A stretch of 63,021 nt of DNA, filler included, from Rhabdomonas costata (GCA_019059605.1; 37 parts of 37 records of this genome joined end to end with filler, not necessarily neighbours in it); one strand, 5' to 3'. Shown: positions 26,141 through 39,251, counted from the whole stretch's first letter. The notes: generated from the letters alone by a model not told the origin. Numbers and translations: made by a program.

Positions 26141-27403
26141 CTGCAAACATCACCAACAGGGACGGACTCTGCAACTTGAACGCCTCACCACCATTCCTCT
26201 CTCTCTCTCTCTCTCAATCTCTCTCTTTAAAGTGGAATGAAGATGATGAAGAGCGGTGGCACGGGAAGTCGGGGTCCCACTAGAGCCGGATCCACGATAA
26301 TGATACTTGCTCTATGAGTGGCGGTTTCTGAGACTCGAAGGCTCCTGATTCCTGAAGGTATGGGGTGAAACATCCCAAATGTGTTGAGAGGGATATCGAA
26401 CACAGAAGCAAAAATTTTTTTGGTGAGACATCCTCCAGTTGATTGATACTTGATAGTGATAGTGATACTTGAGAGCGAGCTGCAGGCCGTATGAATCCCG
26501 ACTGTGATGCTCTCCCAAAGCATATCCCTCAAAAACACAAGGGCAGGAGTAGCAGGAGTCCAAAGGGAAGTGCAAGCACGATGTGAATTTAGCTCTCTTT
26601 ATGAAAGCGGTGAAGAAAAGTGCAGGCCACCGCATACGTCTCTCTGAACGGCTAACTCCCATAGCGAATCACCCGTGTCCGCGACGAGGTCCGCAATGGT
26701 CACCAACGTTTCTGACTTTGCCTTAAGAATCATCGGAAGAGTGAAGTTCTCGACCTATTTTTGTGAATGCACATGCATGCGCGCGAGCGAGAAAGCGCTT
26801 GATGGAGTGAAGGCCCGTGCGACGGTGCACAAATTACGGTCAGGTAAAATAGGAGGGCAAGAGTAAGCAAACGTGAGTTACTTGACTTGCGTTGGTTGAC
26901 TAAGGTCAACGCTTGGCAATCTAATGGGTGGTCCCAGACCAATAATTATATCGAATAACATTTTGGCTAACAACAAAGAGGTTTCTCCCACTTTGTTTGG
27001 AATGCATGTGTTGAGCTGATTCAGCGCGTTAGAACCCATTGCGTGAAATGGGTATATATTGTTTCTGGAAAAGAAACCAAGAATTGAAAAATAGCAGGAA
27101 ACACAACCTCATGATTGGGATACACCACACCATAGCCCAACCAAAAATGACTCCCCCTAATCCCTCTCGAAACTCAAGGACCACACCGCTAGCTACCAAA
27201 CCCCCAACACNNNNNNNNNNNNNNNNNNNNNNNNNNNNNNNNNNNNNNNNNNNNTTAATTAATTAANNNNNNNNNNNNNNNNNNNNNNNNNNNNNNNNNN
27301 NNNNNNNNNNTTCCACGCATACGCCAGCACGAGGCTCCTGGGCCTTTCTGGGCGTTGGCAAGGGGGGGGTGGTGCACACACTCACACAGCAGCACAAATG
27401 CAC

Positions 27404-27594
27404 CGGCCCCTGTGGGTGTCGAGCAGGGCGCGGGGGTTGTTAATCCGGGGAAAGCGAGTGACGGCCTGACACTTCCCGCATTGGTACAGCTCCACGCGCT
27501 GTGCCCACAGCTCCTCTGCCTCACGAGCAGTGGGCCCGGACATTCCCGCTCCAGAGGTCTCCCCTCCACATCGCTCACAGGCTGCACAGTGGAC
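27404..27594 (-). CDS. PNG1: Peptide:N-glycanase (PNGase), zinc-binding/transglutaminase-core exon
   Basis: CERCGGETSGAGMSGPTAREAEELWAQRVELYQCGKCQAVTRFPRINNPRALLDTHRGR has both CxxC pairs, RVE.Y, RFPR.N.P..LL.T and the RGR that precedes the catalytic CGEW. AG/GT bounded. Confidence 0.9.
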
Positions 27595-29065
27595 CTGCGA
27601 GATCAATGAACGTCACGCGAATCAAGGGATGACACGTGGTGTGGGGTCGAAAAGCAACTGCGAGTGCTTCTACACAAATCACCACAAAACGCAGCAAAAC
27701 GCAGTCAATGTTCCAGGGGACGTTTCCTCAGCTCATTGAAGATGGCCGAAAGCGGCTTTCTTGAGAAAAAAAGCACGCCTCTGAAGCAACCATGGCTGTG
27801 CGTCCCAGGAAGGTTGTAATGATCACACTTCCCCAATACAGTGTTTACCGTAAGGCCATAGAAACCATCCGGAGACATATCTACAACAAAAAAGTGAGTT
27901 GCTTGACTCTGTGGGGGAATTCCTGCATTCTTTGAGTGACGAGGGCTCCACCTTGGTGATCCAAGTGGTCCAGTACGCCGTGGCCGCTGACTCTCAGCTC
28001 TCTGGCGGGATTCAGCAGCGAGCGAACCCAAGTAAACCCACACACGTTCTGGCTGTGGCGTGCAAAAGACCACTGGGATGGTCGTTCTACCCAGGTTTCC
28101 CGAACCAAACCTGACTCGATTCCTGACGACAAGCTGTGAAGCAGAGGCAGCATCCCCATTGTCCCCATTCGTTCCATTTGTCTTGTTGTCATGTTATCAC
28201 GACCTGTTGACGTTGTGTTTTTTCTTCTTTTCACTCTCGCTGCAAGCCTGAAAGAGTTATTCACCCAGTGAAAAAGCTAACTCCGGATGCAGGCTGTCAA
28301 AGCGGGGGCGGTAAAGGTTGGAAAGTCGCTTGCGTGCCGCGAGCTGAACCCGTTGGTGTAAAGGCACGTCAATGTGCTTTGCTCTGTCCACTCCTGTGTA
28401 ATAAGCTTTACCAGAAAAAAGTGAGCCTTTTCAAATCGAATGCTCAGCACAATCAGGGCTTGCCGTGCATACTTGTCATTGTTAGGCGGATCGAAAGGAC
28501 CTGGAGAGAGAGAAGCGCCTTTCCAAAGTTCCAAAGTTGCTACCTTTCCCCCTGCAAATATTCGCTGACACCTTTAAGTTGGACGCGTTTTCTGGTTTCT
28601 GAAGCTTCGAGCATTTGTGCCAGCATTTGTCTTTGTTCGTATTTGGTGCGGGTGTCTGAAAATGTTCTGAATGCGTGGCTTTTTCAGCGTTGTACCACGT
28701 TTTTAGTTAATATTTGTCCCGTGCGCGGGTGATTTGGGGATAGCTGACGAGAAGGGCTTTTCAGCCCCTCGGCGAGAATAGGACTGTTATGCCCTTGCGT
28801 CTGCGACGTCTTTGTGTGCCTTCTTCGAGGTGCAAAGGTGATCCTGGACAACCCCATGTACCTTACGTTAGCAGACGCAGGGCAGCTGGAGGTGAGGGCT
28901 GAGCACCCCCACAACACNNNNNNNNNNNNNNNNNNNNNNNNNNNNNNNNNNNNNNNNNNNNTTAATTAATTAANNNNNNNNNNNNNNNNNNNNNNNNNNN
29001 NNNNNNNNNNNNNNNNNTGTGGTGGGTGTGTGTGGTGGTGTGGGTGTGTGTTTGGGTGGTTGGGT

Positions 29066-30610
29066 GTCCGGGAACTCCGACGCCAGCTCCACGCTTACCG
29101 CGGTGCCCGTCAGCTCTTCAATCACCGACCGTGCCGCCAGCGCGGCGTAGAAGCACGTGCCCACCCCGAACAACACAATCCGCCGAGCCTGTCACGCCCC
29201 AGCCCCCGAATCGCACACAGGCTGCAAGAGAAAGAGAATTGTTCTTGATTTTTAAATTCGGAAACACAAGAATTCGGAAATTAGAAAAGCATTTCGATCA
29301 CGCACGGTGCGCACGGTTGCGCCACAACAGTCACAGCAATTCCACTGGAAGAAGGAGCACGCAACCCGCAATCTGCACTTTTTCCAAGGGACTCACAGGA
29401 TAAAACTGCTCTTCGGCCGGCACACACAGAATGCCAAGCAAGTTATTGTGAGTTTTGCATTTGATGAGCAGGCGGATCCCAGCAAGGCCTTGCGAGTAAA
29501 CATGAAGAGTCCAATTCCTTTCCTTCGCCGGCGCTCACGGGCCTTTTTTTTTTAATAATTCAAATCAGCCAGCACTATAACACCACACTGGAAACGAACA
29601 CAGAGTCGGTGGGAGGGATGTGAACCACAGCAATTGCTCGCTGGTGAGGTTCCAGCCCGCCCAGCTTAACCTTCTGCGTCGCGAAGTCGATCCGTCTGAC
29701 AAAGAGAGTGAGCATGGAGCAAAGGAGGTGCAATTTTCGTGCAAGTGTGTGTGTGTGTGTGTGTGTGCGGGAAAATTGGAAAGCAGACACATTCACACAA
29801 ACAGGCCATTTCGGGTCGGACTTGCAAAAGTGCTGGCACGTCAGATTTTGGTCACAGCCAAGGCCATGCCAGAGTAGAGCTTTCATACGAACAGTGAGAG
29901 ACGACCATGAAGCGGTCACCTCCACCAAGGAAAGAAAAATGGACACGGATCTGAGAGTGTGCACTCAACTTGTTCAGTGATGAAGCAAAATTGTCAACCC
30001 ACAAAAACTAAAAAAAAGCAAAGCACAACTTCAACAGGTCGACACATTGCGACGCAGATAAAAACTCGTGTTGTGCGTAAGTGCATGTGTGTTGTGCCGT
30101 GCTTAGTGCCGGAGTCGGAGGTAATGAATGCTCATCGAGATTGGGCTGAGTAGCTGCGAGTGGCGGCCGTGGGGAGAGTTGGAACATCGACCGACCTGTC
30201 AATTAGCGTCCTGTGAATGAGTTTTCTTCCGCACCTCAAGTGCCATACCGAGCTGGCAATATCTTCTTCTTCGTTTTGGCTTTTCTTTTGTCACTGCTGG
30301 TACTCGTGGGCTGAAAACCGTACTTTGTATCTCCCGTGCAGGTCACCCGTGTGCAATTTTGTCTGTTAAGTATGGGGATTTTGTAATTTAAGGTTTCTCT
30401 GAACGCAAAAAGGCAGTGTTCATAAATGAGTAGTGTGCATCCAGAAGAGCATATTTGTCACAAACCCCCGCATGGTATTCCTCATGGCCGCAGGCTGGTC
30501 ATGGATCTCCTTCAGCAGGAAGTGCGGGTAGGGCCCCCTCATGATGGCCTCCAGTCCGGCGTCCAGCGTGGTGATGCCCCGCGTGATGGCCACCAGGGAG
30601 CTTCCCCGAG
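29066..30610 (-). CDS. GFAT: Glutamine:fructose-6-phosphate amidotransferase (GFAT), linker plus first SIS domain, three exons
   Basis: Exons ~30610-30466, 29695-~29626 and 29188-~29066 read LEAIMRGPYPHFLLKEIHDQPAAMRNTMRG|RIDFATQKVKLGGL...|ARRIVLFGVGTCFYAALAARSVIEELTGTAVSVELASEF. Confidence 0.92.
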
Positions 30611-30757
30611 CCCCACACACCCANNNNNNNNNNNNNNNNNNNNNNNNNNNNNNNNNNNNNNNNNNNNTTAATTAATTAANNNNNNNNNNNNNNNNNNNNN
30701 NNNNNNNNNNNNNNNNNNNNNNNGGTTTGTTTGTTTGTTAATGTTGTTTGTTTTCAG

Positions 30758-31517
30758 GTGGTTCGGAAGTTGAAGTTGCAACTGCAAGGTATTGCCCTGT
30801 GCGCAGGATTCCATGCGAGCTATTGCACTCTGATGACATTGGGGCTTTCTGTTTCGGCGCTATGGCTTGGCAGTTTCATGTCAGTAAATGACCGATCACC
30901 TTTGTGATGACCCCGCTCCCACACATACACACACACACACGCGTAAATGCGTCCCTTACCCCTCCGACCACCCTGTCTGATGCGCTAGTTTATCGACCAC
31001 CCCCTCCTTCCTTCCCAATGTGGAAAGTCTCAAACTTCAACCCAATGGATCTCTCAGAAAACTCAGAAAACTTGCTCGTGGCTCGTTTTCCCGCTTAATG
31101 TGCGTGGTTTGCCTTTTGTTTTGCAGAGGTGAGTGACTCTCGTGATCGCTTGGAGGCGATGCTGACCACCAGAGAGACGGCCAAGCAGGAAGAACTCGCT
31201 TGGTCTCGTGCCCCCCCCCCTCCACACACACGCCCACCGCCGCAAAGAAGCACTCTTTGCCTGAACTGCTGAACCGGTACCGCTAGCAGTGGTTTTGGGT
31301 GCTGCAGAGGTTGGATGAGACCACGGGAGAGCGGTTGGCAATGTCTCACAGCAGCAGCAGCAGCTCTCCGATTTGCAGCAAGCCAATCAGCAAGAAGCGA
31401 AAGCTGAGCGTGCTGGCGGACGTCACCAACATCAAGCCCGCATGCCTGGAGCAGAACTCTGCTGGCCCGACGTCCAGTGCGGAGGCGCCGGTGGAGAAGC
31501 GGCAGGCCTATGAATCG
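30758..31517 (+). CDS. Coiled-coil protein with a basic NLS-like segment and a D-box-like motif, three exons
   Basis: Exons 30758-30788, 31127-31197 (needs a GC donor) and 31308-31517 read VVRKLKLQLQE|VSDSRDRLEAMLTTRETAKQEEL|RLDE...SKKRKLSVLADVTN. Confidence 0.5.
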
Positions 31518-34133
31518 GTTCGTGTTTTTGTGGGCCAATGAGTCGGTTTGTGCATGCAGAAACATGTGCATGCGGAAAACATCGAGTGGCTCGTGCAGAA
31601 TCCGCAACTTGAGAGGCGGCCGAGGAACCAAGAGCCGCACCTTTGTTTTTGCACTGGTGGTGCTGGTGGGGCTGTAAACGGTTAGCTTCTCCACTTTTGA
31701 CTTTTTGTGCTCGGTAGTTGGAAAACCAGGGCCAACACTGCTTTCATGTTGATAACCTGAATGATTCAGGTTATCTGTTGACATCTGATGTTTAACGCCC
31801 ACCCCATCTATCCACGGAACGAGACTCCGGCCATTAAGCGCGCCGAGGCAAGTAATGTCCCCAACCAGGCACCTGCTGGCTCCCATGTTTCACAGGGGAA
31901 GTCCTGGTTGGGGTGGGGCCAGAGTTGCCTTTATCTTGACGCCTAATCGAGACCAGGGTGTTAGACCGTGATATGGATTCCCGTGCCCGCGCGCACGCCC
32001 TGAAAAAGGCGATACCACAAAAATGCACGACCACACAGTCACGGTGTTATGCTGCCAGCGTCGGCGTGGCTACGGAGAAAGGGTTTCGCGGAGGCACTTT
32101 ATATGATGAGGGAAGAAGGGAGGGAGGGTGTTTTCCACACAGCCGGCAAGACAGAGAATAAACGGGCTGTGATTTATGAGAGACCAAAAAAGCACGGAAA
32201 AACATCAGTTGCACCTCCGCGGGTTTCCTCCCTGGCCCTGTCTTTAGATGATGGCGCTGCTTCAGTTCACCAGTACCAACGCTGGCCGCCCCCCGCGTGA
32301 GCTGTACCGGCAGCCCCCCCCCACACANNNNNNNNNNNNNNNNNNNNNNNNNNNNNNNNNNNNNNNNNNNNTTAATTAATTAANNNNNNNNNNNNNNNNN
32401 NNNNNNNNNNNNNNNNNNNNNNNNNNNTTTGGAAGCGGTCCGAATCCCTCGGTCTTGGTTTCCGGTTTTCCATCTCGGTTGTTGCCCATCTGATTCGTAA
32501 CTAGGTGGCGCGCGAAAACCCCTTTGCACCGAGGGCCCAAAGTACCCCAAAGTCCTTTGCCATGCATGTTTTTTATGCCGCAGGCTTTGGGTAGCACATA
32601 CGCACCCTTGTCAATACGCAAGGTTGCAAACTCGATTTAGGTTGTGGCCTGCGATACTAAGAAAAGCTGGAAATGTGAGATTCCAGCAAAAAAAAAGATA
32701 ACTATACATCGATAGATTTATAGCAATGACCGCAACGGCAAAAACAGATGAATATTGGCTTGTTCGTTGGATTCCTCCTTGGTTTCGTCGTTTCACTTCA
32801 TTGCTCGTTGTATTGGCCGCGCTGCCAAAAGGCAAAAAAGTCGGGTCGAGCGTGGTCTCTTTCCATGGGAAGACGTGCAAAGCTCGGAACATGGCAACGC
32901 GGTTGGAGAAACCAAGTCCTGCAACAAAGCAGCCACCACGGCCGCGGGCAAATTCTGAAGTCTTTTCGCCAGCTGGAGTACAAACACAATCACATGTCCT
33001 CGACTTGAGAAAGGAAGTGCAGAAAAAAGACTGAGAATGGAGAGTAGGGAAGAAAGAAAGAGGGGGGGGGGCAGACAGGACACACAGAGCCTCCGACCCG
33101 CCAGAAAGCAACCTCAACAGGCCTCTCCCCGTCCCTTGCATTGCATTCTTTTACACTCACCCACCCCACGCACATCTCTCAGAAAACCCGTGCACAGCTG
33201 TGGAAGGAAGGCATTCCCGAAAAAGTACCCACTGAGCAATAGAACCATATGTCACGTGGAAAACGGAAGAGCAGCAACGAATATGGGAAAAGGGGTGAAG
33301 GGGCATCCACCAACCGCAACAAGATCCTCCAGCAGAGGAGGACAGCTTGCGTGAACCTGGCGTGAAGCAGGGCTGCCACTTTCCGCACTTCCAACCCGCG
33401 CCCGTCTCGTCCCAGAAATTCTCAGCTCCACCCTCCAATCAGGGAAGGCCCACTTTCCAGCAAAGAGTGGGCTCCAAGGAAAACGGCCAAGGTGGACGCA
33501 CATCTATCCGGCCGGAGTTGTGTACCACTGGAGGGGAGCACACGCACAAAGGTCATGCATAACTCATGGACCACAGGAGTAGCATGGACGCACTGCAAAT
33601 GCCATGACCATGGGGGGGATGATGGACGAACGGCAACAAAGCAAACGGAACAAACGAACGGAGATGCGACGGACGCGTAATGGAGACAACGTCATTCTGC
33701 GCATGCACACACCACCTGAACACTGGGACATCGCAGACTCCGGGCGGGAGGACTAGCTCCAAGTGCGGAAACCTTCCCCCTCCCTTCCCTTCCCTTCCCT
33801 TCCGTTTCATCACATGCACCTTTCCCCGTTCCCAGTGAGCACGCATCACAAGACCCTCTGTCCTTCCTGGTGAGGCTTCTGCCAGCTCAGAGAGTAGGCA
33901 AATTCCACATATGAAGAATTTGGTGCCAAAACCTCGGCGCCAAGAATGCCTCTCTGCTTTTTCCCCACAAAAACTGAGCCCCGACCCAGCTGTCGACTTC
34001 CTTCGGTGAAACTCAACTATCCCTCCCACCTAANNNNNNNNNNNNNNNNNNNNNNNNNNNNNNNNNNNNNNNNNNNNTTAATTAATTAANNNNNNNNNNN
34101 NNNNNNNNNNNNNNNNNNNNNNNNNNNNNNNNN

Positions 34134-35630
34134 TGTTGTTTTGCGAAGAAGAAGAGAACTTCAGATGCATCGCAGCTGTTCGGGTTGCATCCTCCTCCAA
34201 CAGCACACAGCTAACACTGCGCAAAACAGGGGAAGACTCACTGCTGGCCAACAACTCAGTCTGGCAGCGCGAAACCGCAGCCGATCCACAGGCATCCACC
34301 TCGCAAGCTCGGCGGATCGCCGCGGGTCGAGGAGCTGACGACACCGACAGGTCGTTCAATGTCACAGTGCTCGCAGTACGTGGGAAGTCCGCGGGGTCGG
34401 GCAACGGCGACGGGGACAGTGACAGAGAGAGATGCGAGGAGCTGAAGGATTTCGGGGAGCCTGCAGACTGTGCAGAAATCGAGTCGTCTGAGCCGTTCTC
34501 CTCTCGGGGCCTTTGAAAAGGGAAGAAGAACCGCGGGCCACCAGACGCACCTCGGCGGAGGGTTCGCTTGTCCTCTACAAGAAGGCTCTGGAGGGCACCG
34601 ACGCCTTGTCTCCGGCCACGTATTTCAGCCAGTACGTCCAATGCCCCGCCCGAGCCAAGCGGGACTCGCTCGGGAAGAAGCCCGAAAATCAGTTTCAGGG
34701 TGCCACACGTCCGGTCGGCTTCAATCACCGCACGAAGACCCTCGGTTCGAGCCACGGTGGGCACATTCGCACAGGGAATTTCCACCGAAGCAGCAGGGTC
34801 TGCCCCAGCGCCAGCACTTTGCTCAGGATAGGAGTCAGAATGTGGGGTTCCTTCCGAGTTGACTCGGGGAAGGGCAAAATGGACAGCATGGCCGGCCTGC
34901 TGCTTTGAGTTGGAAGGGGAGGTTTCCGGAGCGGCAGAGGAAGTAGCCCTCTCCTCCGCGAGTAGCTGCCTGAGCACCCTTAAGCTGCCATTGCGCACGC
35001 CAAGGCACAACAGTACATCCACTCCGGGAGATCCGGGGTGACAAAGAAGGCCCGGGGCGGACCTTTCCGCAACGGCCGGGCCAATTCTTCGGCGCCTTGC
35101 AGGACGCCGGATGTTATTCACCAGCAACCAAAGGGTGCGCACACCATGTCCCAGCTCCGCCACCACAGACAGGGCGGCCTTCGCCGAAGCCTCCTCGCAT
35201 GGGGTGGCCACCGTGGCGGACACTCCAGCTGCCAACTCAGCGGAACGAACAGATGATAAGGGAGGGGGTCCGGCACCCTGGAAAAAGCTCACCAGCTCAG
35301 GCACAGGACGGGTGGGCTCAGACAGAACGGCAGCCCGGGCAGTTGCACCACCTGCTGGCGACCGAGGCGGGGAAGAAGACCCCGTCAGCGAGGGGACTAT
35401 CATCGAGGGCACGGCTTCCGTAGAGCGCCCACACCCCTGGGAATGCAGCTCAGCACCCTCAGGGTGGTCATGCCCGAGCTCGGGCCCCAGACTTTTCACC
35501 AGGCCGAGCACAAGCTCCAGCGCTTCGTACTGCTTCCCTTGGGGGAGGCTCAACATGGACGACAGACCAGACTGAGGAAGTGTGGAGGTCAGCATGGTGC
35601 CCAACACACCCGATGCACACCCATCCCTTC
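34134..35630 (-). CDS. Large exon of a hypothetical Ser/Pro/Ala-rich protein
   Basis: About 1.5 kb of uninterrupted frame, preceded by a polypyrimidine tract and AG near 35631. No family recognised. Confidence 0.6.
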
Positions 35631-35889
35631 TTGCAGAAAAAAAAACAAAAACAAGTTAAAAGAGAAGGCCTAATGTTGAAACAAATGCTGCCGCTCTTAT
35701 AAATCCACAAAAACACTCTACAAAATACCACCCAACCCCNNNNNNNNNNNNNNNNNNNNNNNNNNNNNNNNNNNNNNNNNNNNTTAATTAATTAANNNNN
35801 NNNNNNNNNNNNNNNNNNNNNNNNNNNNNNNNNNNNNNNGTGGGTGGGGTGTACCGCAGAGTAGTAGGAAAAATAATTTGTTCCTGTAC

Positions 35890-37396
35890 ACAGTGGTACT
35901 TGAAGGCGTTGTAATCTTCGTTCTGCCAGTCATCCGGATTAGCCTATTAGTACCTGCTCCTAATGACGTTCTGGCTTGCAAACAGATACACCTGAGGAAC
36001 TAGATCGAAGTTCCGTGAGATGGCCAGGAACAGTGTTGGAAACAGAGTCAAATCCTTCTCACTTCCAAAGCTTGGATGCTGTTCCCATGCAATATTCATG
36101 AGCGGGTAACATATCGCGCTCACCACTGGAAGTGGACTCAACAGCTGTGCGAGAGGCGCACAGTTGCTTGATAGTACCAATACAATGAATTGCTCCACCA
36201 CTGGAAGTGGATCAGTCTCTTTGCGTTGGAAGTGTGAGTGCGTGAGTCGAAGCACAATTACCTCCGGATCAAAACGCACCACCTTGTGGTTAATGTTCAA
36301 TTTCTTCATGATGCTCTCAGTATGGGCACACTGAAATTCATACACCACAAATTGGCCATCGTCATAAACGGCATGACCTTGGATTCACTGCAAGCTTCTT
36401 GAGTTCTATGGATGGCTCTCAGCAAGCCCAATACCTGCAAACTAGGTGGCCAGAGGTTTGCACTCGCATCTCCGGGCTCGATACGCACGTGCTACTGGGG
36501 AACTGTATTGTTTGGTAGACTTTGCTGACATCTACACTCAACATCTGCTTTGGCGACTCCTCAGCCTAAATGTGCACTGGCAGTGTGGTCTTGGGAGCTC
36601 CGCACACCAAACAAATGTAGTCATCCGCCTGCATAGTGGCGTCCACGAACTCAGATTTTCGAGATCGATAGAGTCCATCTCCACAATACTCTACCACACT
36701 GACACCGTGGTTGGCGTGACACACAGTTTTCGGTCGATGAATCCCAAATTAACGACCTCTCACTTTTCACGACTGCCTTGAAACGGAGGATGCCGAACGG
36801 TGTGGTGTCCTCTCCCTTCTGCTCTTCCCGTGCCATCTCTCATCCTCCAGCTTCTTGAGACATGTGGAGGCCCAAAACAGGCTCTCCCGCTGGAGTCACA
36901 CGATGAATGCGGCAACGAGCGGAGTTTGATTTTTTCACTGAGCTATCTACTTCGCCGTATGTCGCCGTATCTGCGGTCTCGGCGATTTTTCCATGCAATT
37001 TCTAGCTTCAATGCTCCGCTATTTTTCTTAAAGAGTGGGAAGCTCTCTCTGGTATGAGTGTCGTCTGCTGGATATGGAAGACGCTGAGAATTTCCGAGAC
37101 TTCTGTGATGATGCAGGAGAGTGTGAGGTGAAGCTTCCACGATCCCTATGCTCTTCTCGCTTCATTGAACTATGCCAATATTTGCGCCGAGTCTCGAATT
37201 CTAGATGCACACTGAAGATCTGCGCAACCTTTCGGTGAGTAGAGCAGCTATTTGCGAAGGTTTGATCGACCGACATTCACAAAAGATTGTATTGCAACCT
37301 CGTCTGCACATTGGAGGACATTGGTGTGGACTCAAACGGAGAGTGACTCACGTGTCAAACTGCATTGGTTGCGGCTATGGATCCACTGGTGGCGAC
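35890..37396 (-). mobile_element. Decayed Ty3/Gypsy-like LTR retroelement: Gag C-terminus, protease remnant, Dam-like adenine methyltransferase
   Basis: ~37015-37396 aligns at nucleotide level with the Gag tail at ~40243-40630, including the PMQ(F/L)DT motif. ~36600-36830 gives protease-like pieces ILRFKAVV / GFIDRKLC / GDG in shifted frames. 36060-35890 gives EKDLTLFPTLFLAISRNFDLVPQVYLFAS...RY**ANPDDWQNEDYNAFKYH. Stops and frameshifts occur throughout. Confidence 0.7.
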
Positions 37397-39251
37397 CAAT
37401 GCAGTTTGACACGTGAGTCACTCTCCGTTTGAGTCCACCACAACCNNNNNNNNNNNNNNNNNNNNNNNNNNNNNNNNNNNNNNNNNNNNTTAATTAATTA
37501 ANNNNNNNNNNNNNNNNNNNNNNNNNNNNNNNNNNNNNNNNNNNNGTGTTGTGTGGGACAAGCAGGAGCGAGCAAGGACATCCCTGTTGCATCATTTAAG
37601 ACCTCTGCTTGACTGCATTCCAATCTTCGACAGCGTGCACTTTTTCGCCACGATGTACATCACCGGACCTCATGAATTGGGAAAAGCGCACATATTTTCC
37701 AATATCTATCGCAACTTGAAGTCAAAGTGTAACATGAAGTTTTATATGGTTTAGCTTAGAGCATTTCTATCTGAGAAGCTTGGCGGTGTTTATATTCACA
37801 TTCTTTTTGGATTTAGAGTTGAAAAGCAAAGACGAAAACCAGCAGCTTTCTTGTAAAGCTTAGATATTCAAACACTGACATTACGTACCATTCAAAAGAG
37901 AATGTTACAAGAGCTCCAAGTTCTCCTCGTAGACAAATTTGCTCAAGTTGTGGCGAAGCTGTTGGATGCAGTAGACATTCTTCTCCGCAAACTCAGTGAA
38001 AATGACAAGGTGTTTGTAGTAATCTGTATTAGCGCTTTTTGCGACCACTATCAAAATGAAAACGTTGGCAAACCATCTCCCCTGATATCGGGCCTTTTGA
38101 TATGCTTCTTCGCAATTTGCCTTACGACATTATACCGCTGGCGTAAGGACCAAGTGTTGCAAGACTGCATTCTTCAATGCCGGACACCACTCATGACAAA
38201 ATCTCAAATCTTATTCGTCTTCACCGAAACCAGCACTCGCTGCACCATGTAATCATCATTGTAAGTGCAAATGACCTTTGGTTGCTGCGCACACACCAGG
38301 GAGTAATTGCAGCGAGAGAACAAAAGTTCACATCTTCTTCAAAGGGAAAACACTCATATTCATCTGAGTACTACTTCCTTCACGCAGGGAACTGGAATAG
38401 AACCGCGGACGTCAGTAACATGAGAGAGATTGATTGTTTTTTTTACTAGAGATTGTTATTGCGGACTAGAAATTTGTTTTTCATCAATATGTGGGCTGCA
38501 AGAAAGCTGATTCCCAATGTGGCCTCCGACAACAAAATATCGCGGTTTCTTTCGATGATGGTTATTCTGTGTCCTTGACAAATGCATATTCGCTTTTTAC
38601 ATTCTCTTCTGAAACGTGCGTGTTTCCTAGTTTTGTTGCCTTAATTTTATTTTCTGTTGCCCCAACGTGGACAACCGCAGCTCAACTGGAACAGTTCCCT
38701 TTGGAATTGCCCTGTGCAACAACGGTATATGACCTTAATGGAAATACTGAGTCAAATACGCGTGGTAACCAGGTAAGACCTACCGGCCAGAGCCGACTTT
38801 TTGTTGTTGTTAGGAAGAAAACGGCCCTTTTTAAAAGAGGTTTTTGTATATTTGTAATGCTTTTCCACTACCTGTTTTCATGGGGAAGAAATTCTTTTGA
38901 AAGAGAAAAACGAGCGTACCACCGCAGCCCCCGTTGTCCCCAAGACTCGGGGCGCGCTTTTTTCCGAAACAACGCTTCTTTAAACGGGGGTAAGGCCAAA
39001 CGGTACCCAAACGAGACCGTACTCAAAGCATGGCCAAAACTGAGAAATGGGCTTCCCACGAGCCGTCAGCCAAACTTTTTTGACGCAAGCGGTTCGAACA
39101 GGAAAAATGTGATTTTTTCATCGGCTTTCAACTTTCAACCCCCCCCCCAACNNNNNNNNNNNNNNNNNNNNNNNNNNNNNNNNNNNNNNNNNNNNTTAAT
39201 TAATTAANNNNNNNNNNNNNNNNNNNNNNNNNNNNNNNNNNNNNNNNNNNN

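Noticed and set aside
37325-37438. Hairpin inside the retroelement gag
   Set aside because: It is at the contig end and absent from the homologous copy near 40240, so it is a fold-back artefact.
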